DNA from: Candidatus Eiseniibacteriota bacterium
GTDB lineage: Bacteria; Eisenbacteria; RBG-16-71-46
Reading direction: 5' to 3'
Length of the DNA: 64,000 nt
Assembly (NCBI GenBank): GCA_038068435.1
Contig: JBBTLZ010000041.1
Location: 142-64,141, forward strand
In this document: one piece after another, positions 20,832 to 30,977 of the stretch
How the letters are laid out: every line of letters begins with the position of its first letter
Numbering within the stretch: the first letter of the stretch is position 1
Translations under genes and position numbers: made by a program
Notes under the pieces: generated by a model
What the model was told of the DNA's origin: nothing
Database searches by the model: none
What the model saw: the letters and a program-made list of their open reading frames with translations, nothing else

Positions 20832-20907
20832 GGGCGGATAGCTCAGCTGGCAGAGCACCAGGATCACAACCTGGGGGTCACAGGTTCGAGCCCTGTTCCG
20901 CCCACCA
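20832..20907 (+). tRNA. tRNA-Val (anticodon CAC), CCA encoded
   Basis: Acceptor GGGCGGA/TCCGCCC, anticodon stem CCAGG/CCTGG with loop ATCACAA, T arm ACAGGTTCGAGCCCTGT. Confidence 0.8.
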
Positions 20908-21112
20908 TCCATCCCGCGCGCCGTGGTCGTTCCGGCCGCGGGACGCCGCCTCGACCCGAGACCCGTGTGATACGCGGGAGGACCGGATGACGCTGGCACC
21001 GCCCCGAGATCGGAACCGCACCCACGCGCGACCGGGCACCTGCGCCCGGCCCGCGGCGCGCCCGCGCGGTCGCGCGCGCGACGGCCGCCGGGCCGCCGAC
21101 ACCCGCACGGGC

Positions 21113-21147
21113 GGGGACGTCATCACGACGTCCCCGTTCTTCGTTTG
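21113..21147 (+). terminator. Rho-independent terminator-like hairpin
   Basis: Perfect 9-bp stem GGGGACGTC/GACGTCCCC with loop ATCAC, followed by GTTCTTCGTTTG. Confidence 0.45.
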
Positions 21148-21873
21148 CGGAGCGCCGTGAACGACGAGCTCCAGACGCTCTGGGCGCTGCACGGACTCGA
21201 CGAGCGCCTGGTGACGCTCCAGACCGCGCTGGCGCGCTTCCCGGCGCAGCGGCAGAGCGTCGAGGAGCGGCTCGCCGGCGACCGCACCCGCCTCGAAGCG
21301 CTCAAGAAGGAGCTGGGCGAGTACCAGGTCCGGCGCCGCCAGATGGAGAAGGACATCGAGGTCCTGGTGGCTGAAGAGCGCAGGTTCCAGGGTCAGCTCC
21401 CGCTGGTGAAGAAGAACGAGGAGTACACCGCGCTCCTGCACGAGATCGCCGGCGCCAGGCAGAAGCGTTCCGACCGCGAGACCGAGCTGCTCACGCTCAT
21501 GGACGAGGAGGAGCAGCGCCAGGGCGAGAAGCCCGTACTCGAGAGGGCGCTGGCGTCGGTGGCGGCGGAGACCGCCGAACGCCTCCAGGCGTTCGGCGCC
21601 GAGGAGCAGGAGGAGCGTGGGCGGGTCGCCGCGGTCGAAGCCGAGCGCGCCACGCTGATGGCGCGCCTGACGGCGGCGACCAAGAGCCGCTACGAGCGCA
21701 TCCGCGCCTCGAAGGAGGGGCGCGCGGTGGTGCCGATCCAGAAGGGCGCCTGCGGCGGGTGCTACCGAGGCCAGCCGCCCCAGATGCTCCAGGAGGCGCG
21801 CCGCGGCGATCGTCTGCTCACCTGCGACGGATGCGGCCGACTCCTGATCTGGCCGCCCGACACGACCGGCTGA
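21145..21873 (+). CDS. Coiled-coil protein with a C-terminal C4 zinc ribbon (COG1579 family)
   Basis: Long heptad-like region, then CGGCYRG...(16)...CDGCGRLL (CxxC-N17-CxxC). Confidence 0.75.
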   Translation: MRSAVNDELQTLWALHGLDERLVTLQTALARFPAQRQSVEERLAGDRTRLEALKKELGEYQVRRRQMEKDIEVLVAEERRFQGQLPLVKKNEEYTALLHEIAGARQKRSDRETELLTLMDEEEQRQGEKPVLERALASVAAETAERLQAFGAEEQEERGRVAAVEAERATLMARLTAATKSRYERIRASKEGRAVVPIQKGACGGCYRGQPPQMLQEARRGDRLLTCDGCGRLLIWPPDTTG

Positions 21874-21922
21874 GCCCGGCGCCGTCCAACGGCGCCATCG
21901 CGACGTCCGGCGGAGGGTCCCG

Positions 21923-23392
21923 ATGACCGAGCCCCGCCCGAGCCCGCGGCGAGAGGACCTGCCGTTCCGTCGCATCGCGCTCGTCCTCAGCGGCGGCGGC
22001 GCGCTCGGCGCCTACGAGGTGGGCGTCCTCAAGGTGCTCGAGATGGCGGGCATCCGCCCCGCGATCCTGGCCGGGGTCTCGGTGGGTGCCGTCAACGCCG
22101 TGCTGTGGCTGGCCAATGGCTTCCGCACCGAGCCCCTCGTGCGCGTCTGGGCGGCGCTGCGCGCATCCAGCGTCGGGATGCGCTGGTTGACCCTGATGGT
22201 GCGCGCGCTGGGGGCCTTCGTCGCCACGCTCGCGGGGGTGCAGATCCTGCTGACGGTCGCCGGGTCCCACGAGCTGAGTCCGGGGATGCTCTTCCTCCGA
22301 CCCGACACCGGGCATTCCGAAGTGGAGGGAGCCGTGCTCGACGTGCTGGCGTGGCTGCTGGTGGCGATGCTGGGCGTGATCATCATCCGCGCCTCGCGGA
22401 GCGCCGAGGACTGGCTGGCGCGTCTCTCGTCTGCACGCGACCCGCACCGGCTGCATCGCTGGTACGGCTGGATGCTGGCGCTGGGGACGGCGGCGCATCT
22501 CGTCACCTGGGTGGCCGGGATCGCCTGGCCGCACCGCTTCAGCGCCTCGTTGCTGCTGGTCGGCGCGCTGCTCTGGGTCGCGAACCGCCCGGGGCGGACC
22601 GGCGACCGGACGCGGCGGCTGTTCCTGCGTTTTCTCCCCGAGACCGGGGGACGGGGACTCTGGGGCAGCCACGCCCGCCGGCGCGTCATCCAGCGCGTCG
22701 TGGCCGAGGGCGATCCGGGGGCCCTGGTGGGCGCGGAGACCCATCTCATCATCAGCGCCTGCGCGATCGGGAGCGGCCAGATGGGCTACTTCGTCAACTG
22801 GCCCGATCCGAGCGCGGCTTTCCGAGGGCGGATTGCCGCGTCGGTCGGCGAGGTGATCCCGCTGCGGACCCCCGAGGAGGTCATCGAGGCGGCGGTCGCC
22901 TCCTCGGCGATCCCGGTGGTTTTCGAGCCGGTGCGCGTGGGCGCGCGCGAGTTCGTCGACGGCGGAGTGTTCGCCAACCAGCCGCTGCACGCGGTGCTCG
23001 CGGACGACGCCGACGCCATCATCGTCGTGCTGGTCTCGTCGAGCGGCGGGCCGCCGAAACCGCGGCGCGAGCCGAATCTGCTCGAGCTGGCGGCGCGGCT
23101 GCTGGAGATCGCCAACTGGCGTGACCTGCAGGCCGAGCTGCGGGCGCTGCCCGCGGGGTGGTCCCCGGCGCCGCCGGCCGCGCGGCAGCCCGCGCGGGTG
23201 TGCGTAGTCGAACCCGATCGCGTCCTGCCGGGCGGTCTGTATGGATTCTCGCCCGGGAACGCGGCGGATCTCCAGCGTCTCGGCGAGCGCGACGCGCGGC
23301 GGGCCCTCGCGGCGGCGGGTTGGCTCGCCGACGCGGCGGCGGGGGCCGGCCAGTCTTCGGCCGCTGCTCCGCCGCCCCCGCCTGGCGCTTGA
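21923..23392 (+). CDS. Patatin-like phospholipase with an internal multi-TM insertion
   Basis: Oxyanion/nucleophile region LVLSGGGALGAYEVG...GVSVGA (GxSxG) near the N-terminus. The DGG motif (FVDGGVFANQP) comes about 290 aa later. Between them are 3-4 hydrophobic helices. Confidence 0.7.
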   Translation: MTEPRPSPRREDLPFRRIALVLSGGGALGAYEVGVLKVLEMAGIRPAILAGVSVGAVNAVLWLANGFRTEPLVRVWAALRASSVGMRWLTLMVRALGAFVATLAGVQILLTVAGSHELSPGMLFLRPDTGHSEVEGAVLDVLAWLLVAMLGVIIIRASRSAEDWLARLSSARDPHRLHRWYGWMLALGTAAHLVTWVAGIAWPHRFSASLLLVGALLWVANRPGRTGDRTRRLFLRFLPETGGRGLWGSHARRRVIQRVVAEGDPGALVGAETHLIISACAIGSGQMGYFVNWPDPSAAFRGRIAASVGEVIPLRTPEEVIEAAVASSAIPVVFEPVRVGAREFVDGGVFANQPLHAVLADDADAIIVVLVSSSGGPPKPRREPNLLELAARLLEIANWRDLQAELRALPAGWSPAPPAARQPARVCVVEPDRVLPGGLYGFSPGNAADLQRLGERDARRALAAAGWLADAAAGAGQSSAAAPPPPPGA

Positions 23393-23417
23393 GCGCGCAC
23401 GCGCGGTCGAGTATCTT
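23389..23417 (+). promoter_or_regulatory. Candidate promoter TTGAGC-N17-TATCTT for rnhA (predicts a leaderless or near-leaderless mRNA)
   Basis: The -10 ends 6-7 nt before ATG 23424, and no RBS intervenes. Confidence 0.35.
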
Positions 23418-23423
23418 CGCTCG

Positions 23424-23850
23424 ATGCCGGATCCCCCGTCGGGTTGCTGGACGCTGCGTTGCGACGGCGGCGCCCGCGGCAACCCGGGCCCCGGGGCGCT
23501 GGGCTACGCGCTCATCGACCCGTCAGGCCGCGAGGTGGACGCGCGCGGGGAGACGCTCGGGGTGGTGACCAACAACGTGGCGGAGTACCGGGCGCTGATC
23601 GCCGGGCTCGAGTCGGCGGCGCATCACCAGGCCGACCCGCTCACGGTGTGCATGGACTCCGAGCTGGTGGTGCGGCAGATGACCGGCGAGTACCGCGTCA
23701 AGCACGCGGGCCTGAAGCCCCTGCACGCCGAGGCGCGGCGGGCGGCGGGCCGGTTCGCGTCGGTGCGGTTCGTCGCCGTCAGAAGGGAGGACAACGCGCG
23801 TGCGGACCAGCTTGTCAACGAGACGCTGGACCGTGCGCTCGACACGAATT

Positions 23851-23867
<17 letters not shown>
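23424..23867 (+). CDS. rnhA: Ribonuclease HI
   Basis: RNase H fold motifs: CDGGARGNPGPGALGY, TNNVAEYRALIAGL, CMDSELVV. ATG in frame within track ORF 23241..23867. Confidence 0.85.
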
Positions 23868-24256
<389 letters not shown>

Positions 24257-24270
24257 TGAAGGACCGGCTG

Positions 24271-24297
24271 CGCCCGGCGGGATGCTCCCGCCGGGCG
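24271..24297 (+). terminator. Perfect 12-bp hairpin directly after rnpB (3'-end/terminator or processing structure)
   Basis: CGCCCGGCGGGA-TGC-TCCCGCCGGGCG. No U-tract follows. Confidence 0.3.
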
Positions 24298-24410
24298 GCT
24301 GCGCCGGGAGGTCCGCAGGTCATGGAGCCCTCGCCTGCCGGGGGCGGATCGCCGCGCGCCGCCGCACCGAGTCGTCCGGGCGGCGCTCCGCGCGCGGCGA
24401 TCCGCGTGTC

Positions 24411-24439
24411 TTGATTCGCCCGCGGGCGGCTGCTAGCGT
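24411..24439 (+). promoter_or_regulatory. Candidate promoter TTGATT-N17-TAGCGT for recJ
   Basis: Hexamers with a 17-nt spacer, about 50 nt upstream of the recJ ATG. Confidence 0.35.
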
Positions 24440-24487
24440 CGGCGCCGAGTCGATGCGCCACGCGTTCCTCCCCCCGACCCGGACTCC

Positions 24488-26200
24488 ATGATCGCCACGC
24501 CCGTCCCGACCCAGTGGGTGCTGCATCCCCGCTCGCAGCCGCAGCGGGCGCTCCTGCTCGCGCGCGAGCTGGGCGCACCCCCGGCGATCGGCCACACGCT
24601 GGTCAATCGCGGCCTGGCCGACGCGGCCGCGGCGCTGCGATTCCTCTCGCCGGCGCTGGACGACCTGCATGACCCGTTCCAGCTGCTCGGCCTCGACGCG
24701 GCGGTCGAGCGCATCCGGCGCGCCATCGAAGCGGGCGAGACCATCCTGGTCCAGGGCGACTACGATGTGGACGGCATCACCTCGACCTACATCCTCCACA
24801 CCACGCTGACGGAGCTGGGAGGCACGTCACGGTGCCGCATCCCGCACCGCACGCGGGACGGCTACGGCCTCTCGGTGGCGGCGGTGGAGGAGGCACGAAG
24901 TCTCGGCGGCACGCTGATCGTGACCGTCGACTGCGGCATCACCGCGGTCGAGGCGGTCGCGCGGGCGAAGACGCTCGGCATCGACACGGTCATCACCGAC
25001 CACCACGAGCCCTCCTCGGCCCTGCCCGACGCGTGCGCGATCGTCAACCCGCTGCGGCCGGGATGCCCGTACCCGTTCAAGTCCCTGGCCGGCGTCGGGG
25101 TCACCTATAAGCTGGTCGAGGCCCTGCTGCGCGGGCGCGGGCGCAGTCAGCGCGCGCAGGAGTTCCTCGACGTCGTAGCACTCGGCACCATCGCCGACGT
25201 GGTGCCGCTGGTGGGCGAGAACCGCATCCTCGCCACGCTCGGGCTCGAGCGGCTGAATCGCACGCGGCACCTCGGGCTGCGCGCGCTGCTCGAGCGCTGC
25301 GGTCTCGCCGGCCGGCGCGTGACCAGCGGCCAGATCGCCTTCGTGCTCGCCCCGCGCATCAACGCGGCCGGACGCATGGGCCACGCGGAGCAGGCGCTGC
25401 GCCTGCTGCTGGCGCGCGACGAAGGCGAGGCGCGCGCGTGCGCGGAGAGCCTCGAGGATGACAACGAGCGGCGGCGACGCTTCGACGCGACCGCCGCCGC
25501 CGAGGCCGCGGCCCGCGTCGAGCAGGAGCTGGGCTGGCCGGAGTGCGCCTCGATCCTCCTGTGGTCCGAGGACTGGCACCCGGGCGTGCTCGGCATCGTC
25601 GCCTCGCGCATGGTCGAGCGATTCCAGCGCCCGACGATCCTGGTGGCCCTCGACGGCGACCGGGGGCGCGGCTCGGGGCGCAGCCTGTCGGGTCTCGACC
25701 TGACGCGCGTGCTGGACGGCTGCGGCGATCTGCTCGAGGCTTACGGGGGGCATGCCCTGGCGGCCGGGCTGACGGTGACGCGCGACCGGCTGCTGGAGCT
25801 TCGCGAGCGGTTCGAGCGGCTGGTGCGCGAGCGCGCGAAGCCGGGGGATTTCGTGCGCCGCCTCGAGTTCGACGCCGACGTCTCGCTGGGCGAGTGCGAT
25901 GCCGGACTGGTGGAGTGGGTCGAGCGCCTGTCGCCGCACGGGCTCGGCAATCCCGAGCCGGTCTACCGGGTCGCCCGGGCCGAGGTCGACTCCGCCTCCG
26001 TGGTGGGCGGCGGCAAGCATCTTCGGCTCTCGGTGCGCGACCGGACCGGAAGCGCGGAGGCGATCGGCTTCGGGCTCGGCGGCCAGGCGGACGCGGTGCG
26101 GCGCGCCGGCGCGTGCGCGCTGGCGTTCGTGCCCACGCGCAACGAATGGAACGGCGTCTCGCGGATCCAGCTCAAGCTCAAAGGTGTGCAGCTGCCGTGA
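24488..26200 (+). CDS. recJ: Single-stranded-DNA-specific exonuclease RecJ
   Basis: DHH motifs (QGDYDVDGITST, DHHEP), DHHA1, and a C-terminal OB-like domain. Confidence 0.92.
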   Translation: MIATPVPTQWVLHPRSQPQRALLLARELGAPPAIGHTLVNRGLADAAAALRFLSPALDDLHDPFQLLGLDAAVERIRRAIEAGETILVQGDYDVDGITSTYILHTTLTELGGTSRCRIPHRTRDGYGLSVAAVEEARSLGGTLIVTVDCGITAVEAVARAKTLGIDTVITDHHEPSSALPDACAIVNPLRPGCPYPFKSLAGVGVTYKLVEALLRGRGRSQRAQEFLDVVALGTIADVVPLVGENRILATLGLERLNRTRHLGLRALLERCGLAGRRVTSGQIAFVLAPRINAAGRMGHAEQALRLLLARDEGEARACAESLEDDNERRRRFDATAAAEAAARVEQELGWPECASILLWSEDWHPGVLGIVASRMVERFQRPTILVALDGDRGRGSGRSLSGLDLTRVLDGCGDLLEAYGGHALAAGLTVTRDRLLELRERFERLVRERAKPGDFVRRLEFDADVSLGECDAGLVEWVERLSPHGLGNPEPVYRVARAEVDSASVVGGGKHLRLSVRDRTGSAEAIGFGLGGQADAVRRAGACALAFVPTRNEWNGVSRIQLKLKGVQLP

Positions 26201-28401
26201 ACGGCGCCGGCGGCCACCCCGAGCTGCGCGCGGCGCTAGTCGCCGAGCTCGAGGAGCGCGCCCAGAAGGTGGACCGCGACCGGGTCGGGGCCGCCTTCGA
26301 CTTCGCCGACCAGGCGCATGGCGACCAACGACGGGAGTCCGGACAGCCGTTCATCTCGCACGCGGTCGAGGTGTGCCGCATCCTGCTGGGCCTGCTCGAG
26401 ACCCGCCTGGACACCACGCTCGCCTGCGCCGCCCTGCTCCACGACGTGGTCGAGGACACCGCCATCACGCCCGCAGATCTCGAAAAGCGCTTCGGCAAGG
26501 AGGTGGCGGGGCTGGTCGAGGGGGTGACCAAGCTCTCGGGGCTCCACTTCGACAGCCGCGAGGCGGCGCAGGCCGAGAACTTCCGCAAGATGCTGCTGTC
26601 GATGTCGCGCGACCTGCGCGTCATCTTCATCAAGCTGGCCGACCGGCTGCACAACATGCGCACCATCGAATACCTGCGCGCGGACAAGGCGCAGCGGATC
26701 GCGGCGGCGACGCGCGACATCTACGCGCCGCTCGCGCACCGGCTGGGCATGGCGGGCATCAAGCGCGAGCTGGAGGACCTGTCGCTCAAGACCCTGGACC
26801 CGGTCGCCTACCAGGAGCTGGCGCAGCGGATCCAGGTGCGGCGCGAGGAGCGCGAGGCGTTCCTGGCCGAGGTGCGGGAACAGCTCCAGGACGGCCTGCG
26901 CGCCGCCGGCATCAAGGCCGAGGTGGCGGGGCGGCCCAAGCACTTCTACTCGATCCATCAGAAGATGCGCGCCGGCCGGCCGCTCGAGGACATCTACGAC
27001 CTGTTCGGCCTGCGCATCGTCACCCACACGCGCAACGACTGCTATCGCGCGCTCGGCGTGGTGCACGACCTGCTTGAGCCGGTGGGCGACCGGTTCAAGG
27101 ACTACATCGCCACCCCCAAGAGCAACATGTACCAGTCGCTGCATACGACGGTGCTGGCGCGCAACGGCGAGATGGTCGAGGTGCAGATCCGCACCCGCGA
27201 GATGCACCGCACCGCGGAGACCGGCATCGCCGCGCACTACGTCTACAAGCAGGGCGGTCGCGTGGACGAGGAGCTGGACGCCAAGCTCGGGGGCTTCGTG
27301 GCGCAGACCGCGGACTGGCAGAACACCGCCACCGACGACGAGTACATCGATTTCCTCCGCACCGCCCTCTACCAGGAGGAGGTGTACGTCTACACGCCGC
27401 GGCGCGAGCTGAAGCGGTTGCCCAAGGGCTCGACCCCGCTGGACTTCGCCTTCCTCATCCACACGCAGGTCGGCCAGCACACGGTGGGGGCACGGGTGAA
27501 CGGCGACCTCGTGCCGCTGCGCTACCAGCTCCGCAACGGGGATACGGTGGAGATCATCACCTCGCCGCAGGCCCAGCCCCACGAGGACTGGCTCAAGATC
27601 GCGCGCACGACCGGGGCACGCAGCAAGATCCGCCACTGGCTCCGCCAGGAGCGGCTCACCGACAGCGTGTCCCTGGGCCGCGAGATGATCGAGCGCGAGC
27701 TCAAGCGCCTGCGCATCAAGGCCGACGAGAAGGAGCTGGCCGAGGTCGCGCTCGGATTCGGCTGCAGCGATCTCGAGCAGATGTACGCGCGCTTCGCCGA
27801 GGGCTCGCTCTCGGTGACCACGGTGTTGCACAAGCTGAAGCCCGAGAAGGAGACCTTCGCCGAGCGGCTCGCGAAGGGGCCGCTCGAGGCGCTGGGAATC
27901 GGCCGCAAGCCCGCCGCCGGCATCCGCATCCAGGGTCTCGACAACGTCATGCTCCACTTCGCGCGCTGCTGCCAGCCGGTGCCGGGCGACCGCGTGATCG
28001 GCATCGTCACCCAGGGCCGGGGGGTGTCCGTGCATCGCCAGGACTGTCCGAACACCTTCGACGAGCGCGTGCCGCGCGAGCGCAAGGTGGCGGTCGATTG
28101 GGACGCCGGCCGCGGCGAGACCTTCCCGGTGCGCCTGGTCGTCTACGGCCAGGACCGGACCTCGCTGCTCGCCGACATCGCCAAGGCCATCGCGGCGACG
28201 CAGGTGAACATCCGGACGGCGGGGATGGCGAGCGAGGACCAGACCGCGCGCGGCGTGTTCGTGGTCGAGGTGCTACACCTGGCCAAGCTCCAGGAGGTGA
28301 TGGGGGCGATCCGCAAGGTGAAGGGCGTGACGCGCGTCGAGCGCCGCCAGCGCTTCATCAAGTCTGCGGCGCCGCCGCGCAAGGCGAGCGGCGGCGCGTG
28401 A
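26197..28401 (+). CDS. relA: Bifunctional (p)ppGpp synthetase/hydrolase (RelA/SpoT family)
   Basis: HD domain (FISHAVEV...HDVVEDT), synthetase (HFYSIHQKM...LFGLRIVT), TGS and ACT regions. GTG start overlapping the recJ stop. The track ORF 25543..28401 N-terminal extension is not real. Confidence 0.9.
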   Translation: MNGAGGHPELRAALVAELEERAQKVDRDRVGAAFDFADQAHGDQRRESGQPFISHAVEVCRILLGLLETRLDTTLACAALLHDVVEDTAITPADLEKRFGKEVAGLVEGVTKLSGLHFDSREAAQAENFRKMLLSMSRDLRVIFIKLADRLHNMRTIEYLRADKAQRIAAATRDIYAPLAHRLGMAGIKRELEDLSLKTLDPVAYQELAQRIQVRREEREAFLAEVREQLQDGLRAAGIKAEVAGRPKHFYSIHQKMRAGRPLEDIYDLFGLRIVTHTRNDCYRALGVVHDLLEPVGDRFKDYIATPKSNMYQSLHTTVLARNGEMVEVQIRTREMHRTAETGIAAHYVYKQGGRVDEELDAKLGGFVAQTADWQNTATDDEYIDFLRTALYQEEVYVYTPRRELKRLPKGSTPLDFAFLIHTQVGQHTVGARVNGDLVPLRYQLRNGDTVEIITSPQAQPHEDWLKIARTTGARSKIRHWLRQERLTDSVSLGREMIERELKRLRIKADEKELAEVALGFGCSDLEQMYARFAEGSLSVTTVLHKLKPEKETFAERLAKGPLEALGIGRKPAAGIRIQGLDNVMLHFARCCQPVPGDRVIGIVTQGRGVSVHRQDCPNTFDERVPRERKVAVDWDAGRGETFPVRLVVYGQDRTSLLADIAKAIAATQVNIRTAGMASEDQTARGVFVVEVLHLAKLQEVMGAIRKVKGVTRVERRQRFIKSAAPPRKASGGA

Positions 28402-28453
28402 GCCGGTCCCCGCGGCCGCGGGCCGTGCGCGGCGTCCGCGCGCGCGCGGACGC

Positions 28454-28948
28454 ATGAGGGCGCTCGTGCAGCGCGTCGCGCGTGCGCAGGTGAGCGTCGC
28501 CGGCCGCGTGGCGGGCGCCATCGACCGGGGACTGCTGGTGCTGCTCGGCGCCACCCACGCCGACCGCGGGGCCGACGCCGACTGGCTCGCGCGCAAGGTC
28601 GCCGGGTTGCGGGTGTTCGCCGACGACGCGGGACAGATGAACCTGGACCTGGCGTCCGCGGGCGGGCGGGCGCTGGTGGTGCCGCAGTTCACCCTCTACG
28701 GCGACACGCGCCGCGGCCGCCGCCCCGATTTCCTCGCCGCCGCCCGCCCCGAGCACGCCGAGCCGCTGTTCGAGCGCTTCTGCGCCACGCTCGCGGGCGA
28801 GGGGATCGGCGTGGAGCGCGGGGTGTTCCGCGCGCACATGGCGGTGGAGCTGCTGAACGACGGGCCGGTGACGCTGCTGATCGAGAGCCCGGCGTCGGGC
28901 GATGCAGGCGAGGGGCCTGCGGGGCCGTCGGGCGGGCGGGACGCATGA
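28454..28948 (+). CDS. dtd: D-aminoacyl-tRNA deacylase
   Basis: MRALVQRV...PQFTLYGD... Dtd family. Conserved position after relA. Confidence 0.88.
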   Translation: MRALVQRVARAQVSVAGRVAGAIDRGLLVLLGATHADRGADADWLARKVAGLRVFADDAGQMNLDLASAGGRALVVPQFTLYGDTRRGRRPDFLAAARPEHAEPLFERFCATLAGEGIGVERGVFRAHMAVELLNDGPVTLLIESPASGDAGEGPAGPSGGRDA

Positions 28949-29532
28949 GACGCGAACCGCTGTTCTGGCGGGGGGCGGGCGCGCTGGTGCTGGCCTCGGC
29001 GTCGCCGCGGCGGGTGGCGTTGTTGCGACAGGCGGGCGCAGTGTTCACCGTCGTGGATCCCGGACCCGACCGGGAGTGGCCGGGCGAGGCCGAGCCCCGA
29101 CACGGGGTGCGCGCACTCGCGCTCGAGAAGGCGCGACGGGTCGCGGCGCGGCGGCCGGGGCGCGTGGTGATCGGCGCCGACACCGTGGTGGTGCTGCGCG
29201 GCCAGCGGCTTGGTAAGCCCCGGGAGGCCGCGGAGGCGACGGCGATGCTGCAGCGGCTGCACGGGCGCACGCACGAGGTGTGGACCGGGATCGCCGTGGT
29301 CCGCGACGGCGAGGCGCGCACGGCCGCCGAATGCGCGAAGGTCCAGTTCGTCCGCATGGAGCCGGACGACATCGCGGCGTACGTCCGCACCGGCGAGCCG
29401 CTCGACAAGGCGGGCGCCTACGGTGTGCAGGGGCTCGCCGCCCAGTTCGTGCGCCGCGTCGAGGGCGATTACACCACGGTCGTAGGGCTGCCGCTCGCGC
29501 GCCTGCGGCAGGTGCTGCGCGATTTCGCCTGA
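28945..29532 (+). CDS. maf: Maf-like nucleoside triphosphate pyrophosphatase
   Basis: LVLASASPRR...GADTVVVL...VVGLPL motifs. ATGA overlap with dtd. Confidence 0.88.
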   Translation: MRREPLFWRGAGALVLASASPRRVALLRQAGAVFTVVDPGPDREWPGEAEPRHGVRALALEKARRVAARRPGRVVIGADTVVVLRGQRLGKPREAAEATAMLQRLHGRTHEVWTGIAVVRDGEARTAAECAKVQFVRMEPDDIAAYVRTGEPLDKAGAYGVQGLAAQFVRRVEGDYTTVVGLPLARLRQVLRDFA

Positions 29533-29858
29533 CCCGGGGCGGGCGCGGGCAATCCTCCTTGTCGTCCGCTCGCGGCCTCCACCAGGATGCCGCCCCTGGC
29601 GGCCCCGCCCGGCCGAGATCGAGCGACCGCTTCTTCGTCGGCCAGGGGGACGCCACGCGTGCCCACATCCGCCAGCATGTCCTCGAGCGGCTCGCCGTCC
29701 TCGCGGGCCCCAAGAAGGACATCGTCGAGAAGCTGTAAGCCGGTCCGGGCCCCAGGGCCATGGATGGTGCCGCGCGCGCGGGGACCCTTCCCGTCCTCCC
29801 GCGCCGCTCTTCCCGGCGATGCCCCGCGGACCGGGCGGCCGCGCCGATGGCCGCGTTC

Positions 29859-29888
29859 TTGACAGGGTCGCGAGCAGCGTGCTAGCGT
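29859..29888 (+). promoter_or_regulatory. Candidate promoter TTGACA-N18-TAGCGT for rplM-rpsI
   Basis: In the 470-nt gap after maf, about 115 nt upstream of the rplM ATG. Confidence 0.35.
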
Positions 29889-30004
29889 GCCGCGTTTCAA
29901 AAGGATAGCGGCGACCTCACCCGGCGTCTCGCGGCCCCGGAACACGGTGCCGCGTTCTGGCGTGCCCGCGGCATCGCCCGCGTGTAGCCCCGACGGAGGA
30001 ACGC

Positions 30005-30439
30005 ATGAAGACCTATACGGCCCGGCCGGACGACATCCACCGCCAGTGGCTCCTGGTGGACGCCGCCGGCAAGCCGCTGGGGCGGCTGGCGAGCCAGGTG
30101 GCGACGGTTCTGAAGGGCAAGCACAAGCCCATCTACACCCCGCACATGGACACCGGCGACCACGTGGTGGTGATCAACGCGGAGAAGGTCGCGTTGAGCG
30201 GCGCCAAGGCCACCGACAAGAGGTACTTCCGGCACACGATGTACCCGGGCGGCGCGCACTGGATCGGCATCCGCGAGCTGATGGCGAAGCACCCGGATCG
30301 CGTGATCACGCAGGCGGTGCGCGGCATGATGCCGAAGACGAAGCTGGGCCGGGCGATGCTGCGCAAGCTCAAGGTGTACGGGGGCTCCGAGCATCCGCAC
30401 GAGGCGCAGCAACCGATCGCCTGGCAGCCCAAGGCATGA
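30005..30439 (+). CDS. rplM: 50S ribosomal protein L13
   Basis: Full-length match to the L13 family ([11 protein letters not shown]...[12 protein letters not shown]...). Confidence 0.95.
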   Translation: MKTYTARPDDIHRQWLLVDAAGKPLGRLASQVATVLKGKHKPIYTPHMDTGDHVVVINAEKVALSGAKATDKRYFRHTMYPGGAHWIGIRELMAKHPDRVITQAVRGMMPKTKLGRAMLRKLKVYGGSEHPHEAQQPIAWQPKA

Positions 30440-30458
30440 GGCGGGGACCGAGGAGACC

Positions 30459-30854
30459 ATGACGACGACCACGGACAAGTCGCGCACCGGCCGGCGCAAG
30501 GAAGCGGTGGCGCGCGTGCGCATGCTCCCCGGCACCGGCAGGATCACCATCAACGACCGCACGCCGCTCGAGTACCTGGCGCGCGAGACGCTCGCCAAGC
30601 ACGCGCTTCATGCCCTGACCGTGACCAACACCGTGGGCAAGTTCGACATCATCGCCCGCGTCCATGGCGGGGGGTTGAGCGGACAGGCGGGTGCCGTGCG
30701 GATGGCGATTGCGCGCGCGCTGCTCGCGCAGGACGAGACGTTGCGGGGCGTGCTGGGTCGCGAGGGTCTGCTGACCCGTGACTCGCGCATGAAGGAGCGG
30801 AAGAAGTACGGGCAGCCCGGCGCCCGCAAGCGCTTCCAGTTCAGCAAGCGCTAG
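30459..30854 (+). CDS. rpsI: 30S ribosomal protein S9
   Basis: S9 family, C-terminal ...GARKRFQFSKR. Confidence 0.95.
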   Translation: MTTTTDKSRTGRRKEAVARVRMLPGTGRITINDRTPLEYLARETLAKHALHALTVTNTVGKFDIIARVHGGGLSGQAGAVRMAIARALLAQDETLRGVLGREGLLTRDSRMKERKKYGQPGARKRFQFSKR

Positions 30855-30977
30855 AGCCGCCGAGCGACATCACACACGCCCCGACGGAGGCGCCCGGGGT
30901 CCCGACCGCATGCGGACGGGGGACGGCGCCGCAGTCGACGGACGGGGCGGAGGAACCAACCCCAGAGGAGGAACGCG

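Noticed and set aside
25543-26196. N-terminal 218-aa extension of the relA ORF
   Set aside because: It overlaps the recJ 3' end in another frame and is Arg/Ala-rich low complexity. The conserved Rel N-terminus begins at GTG 26197.
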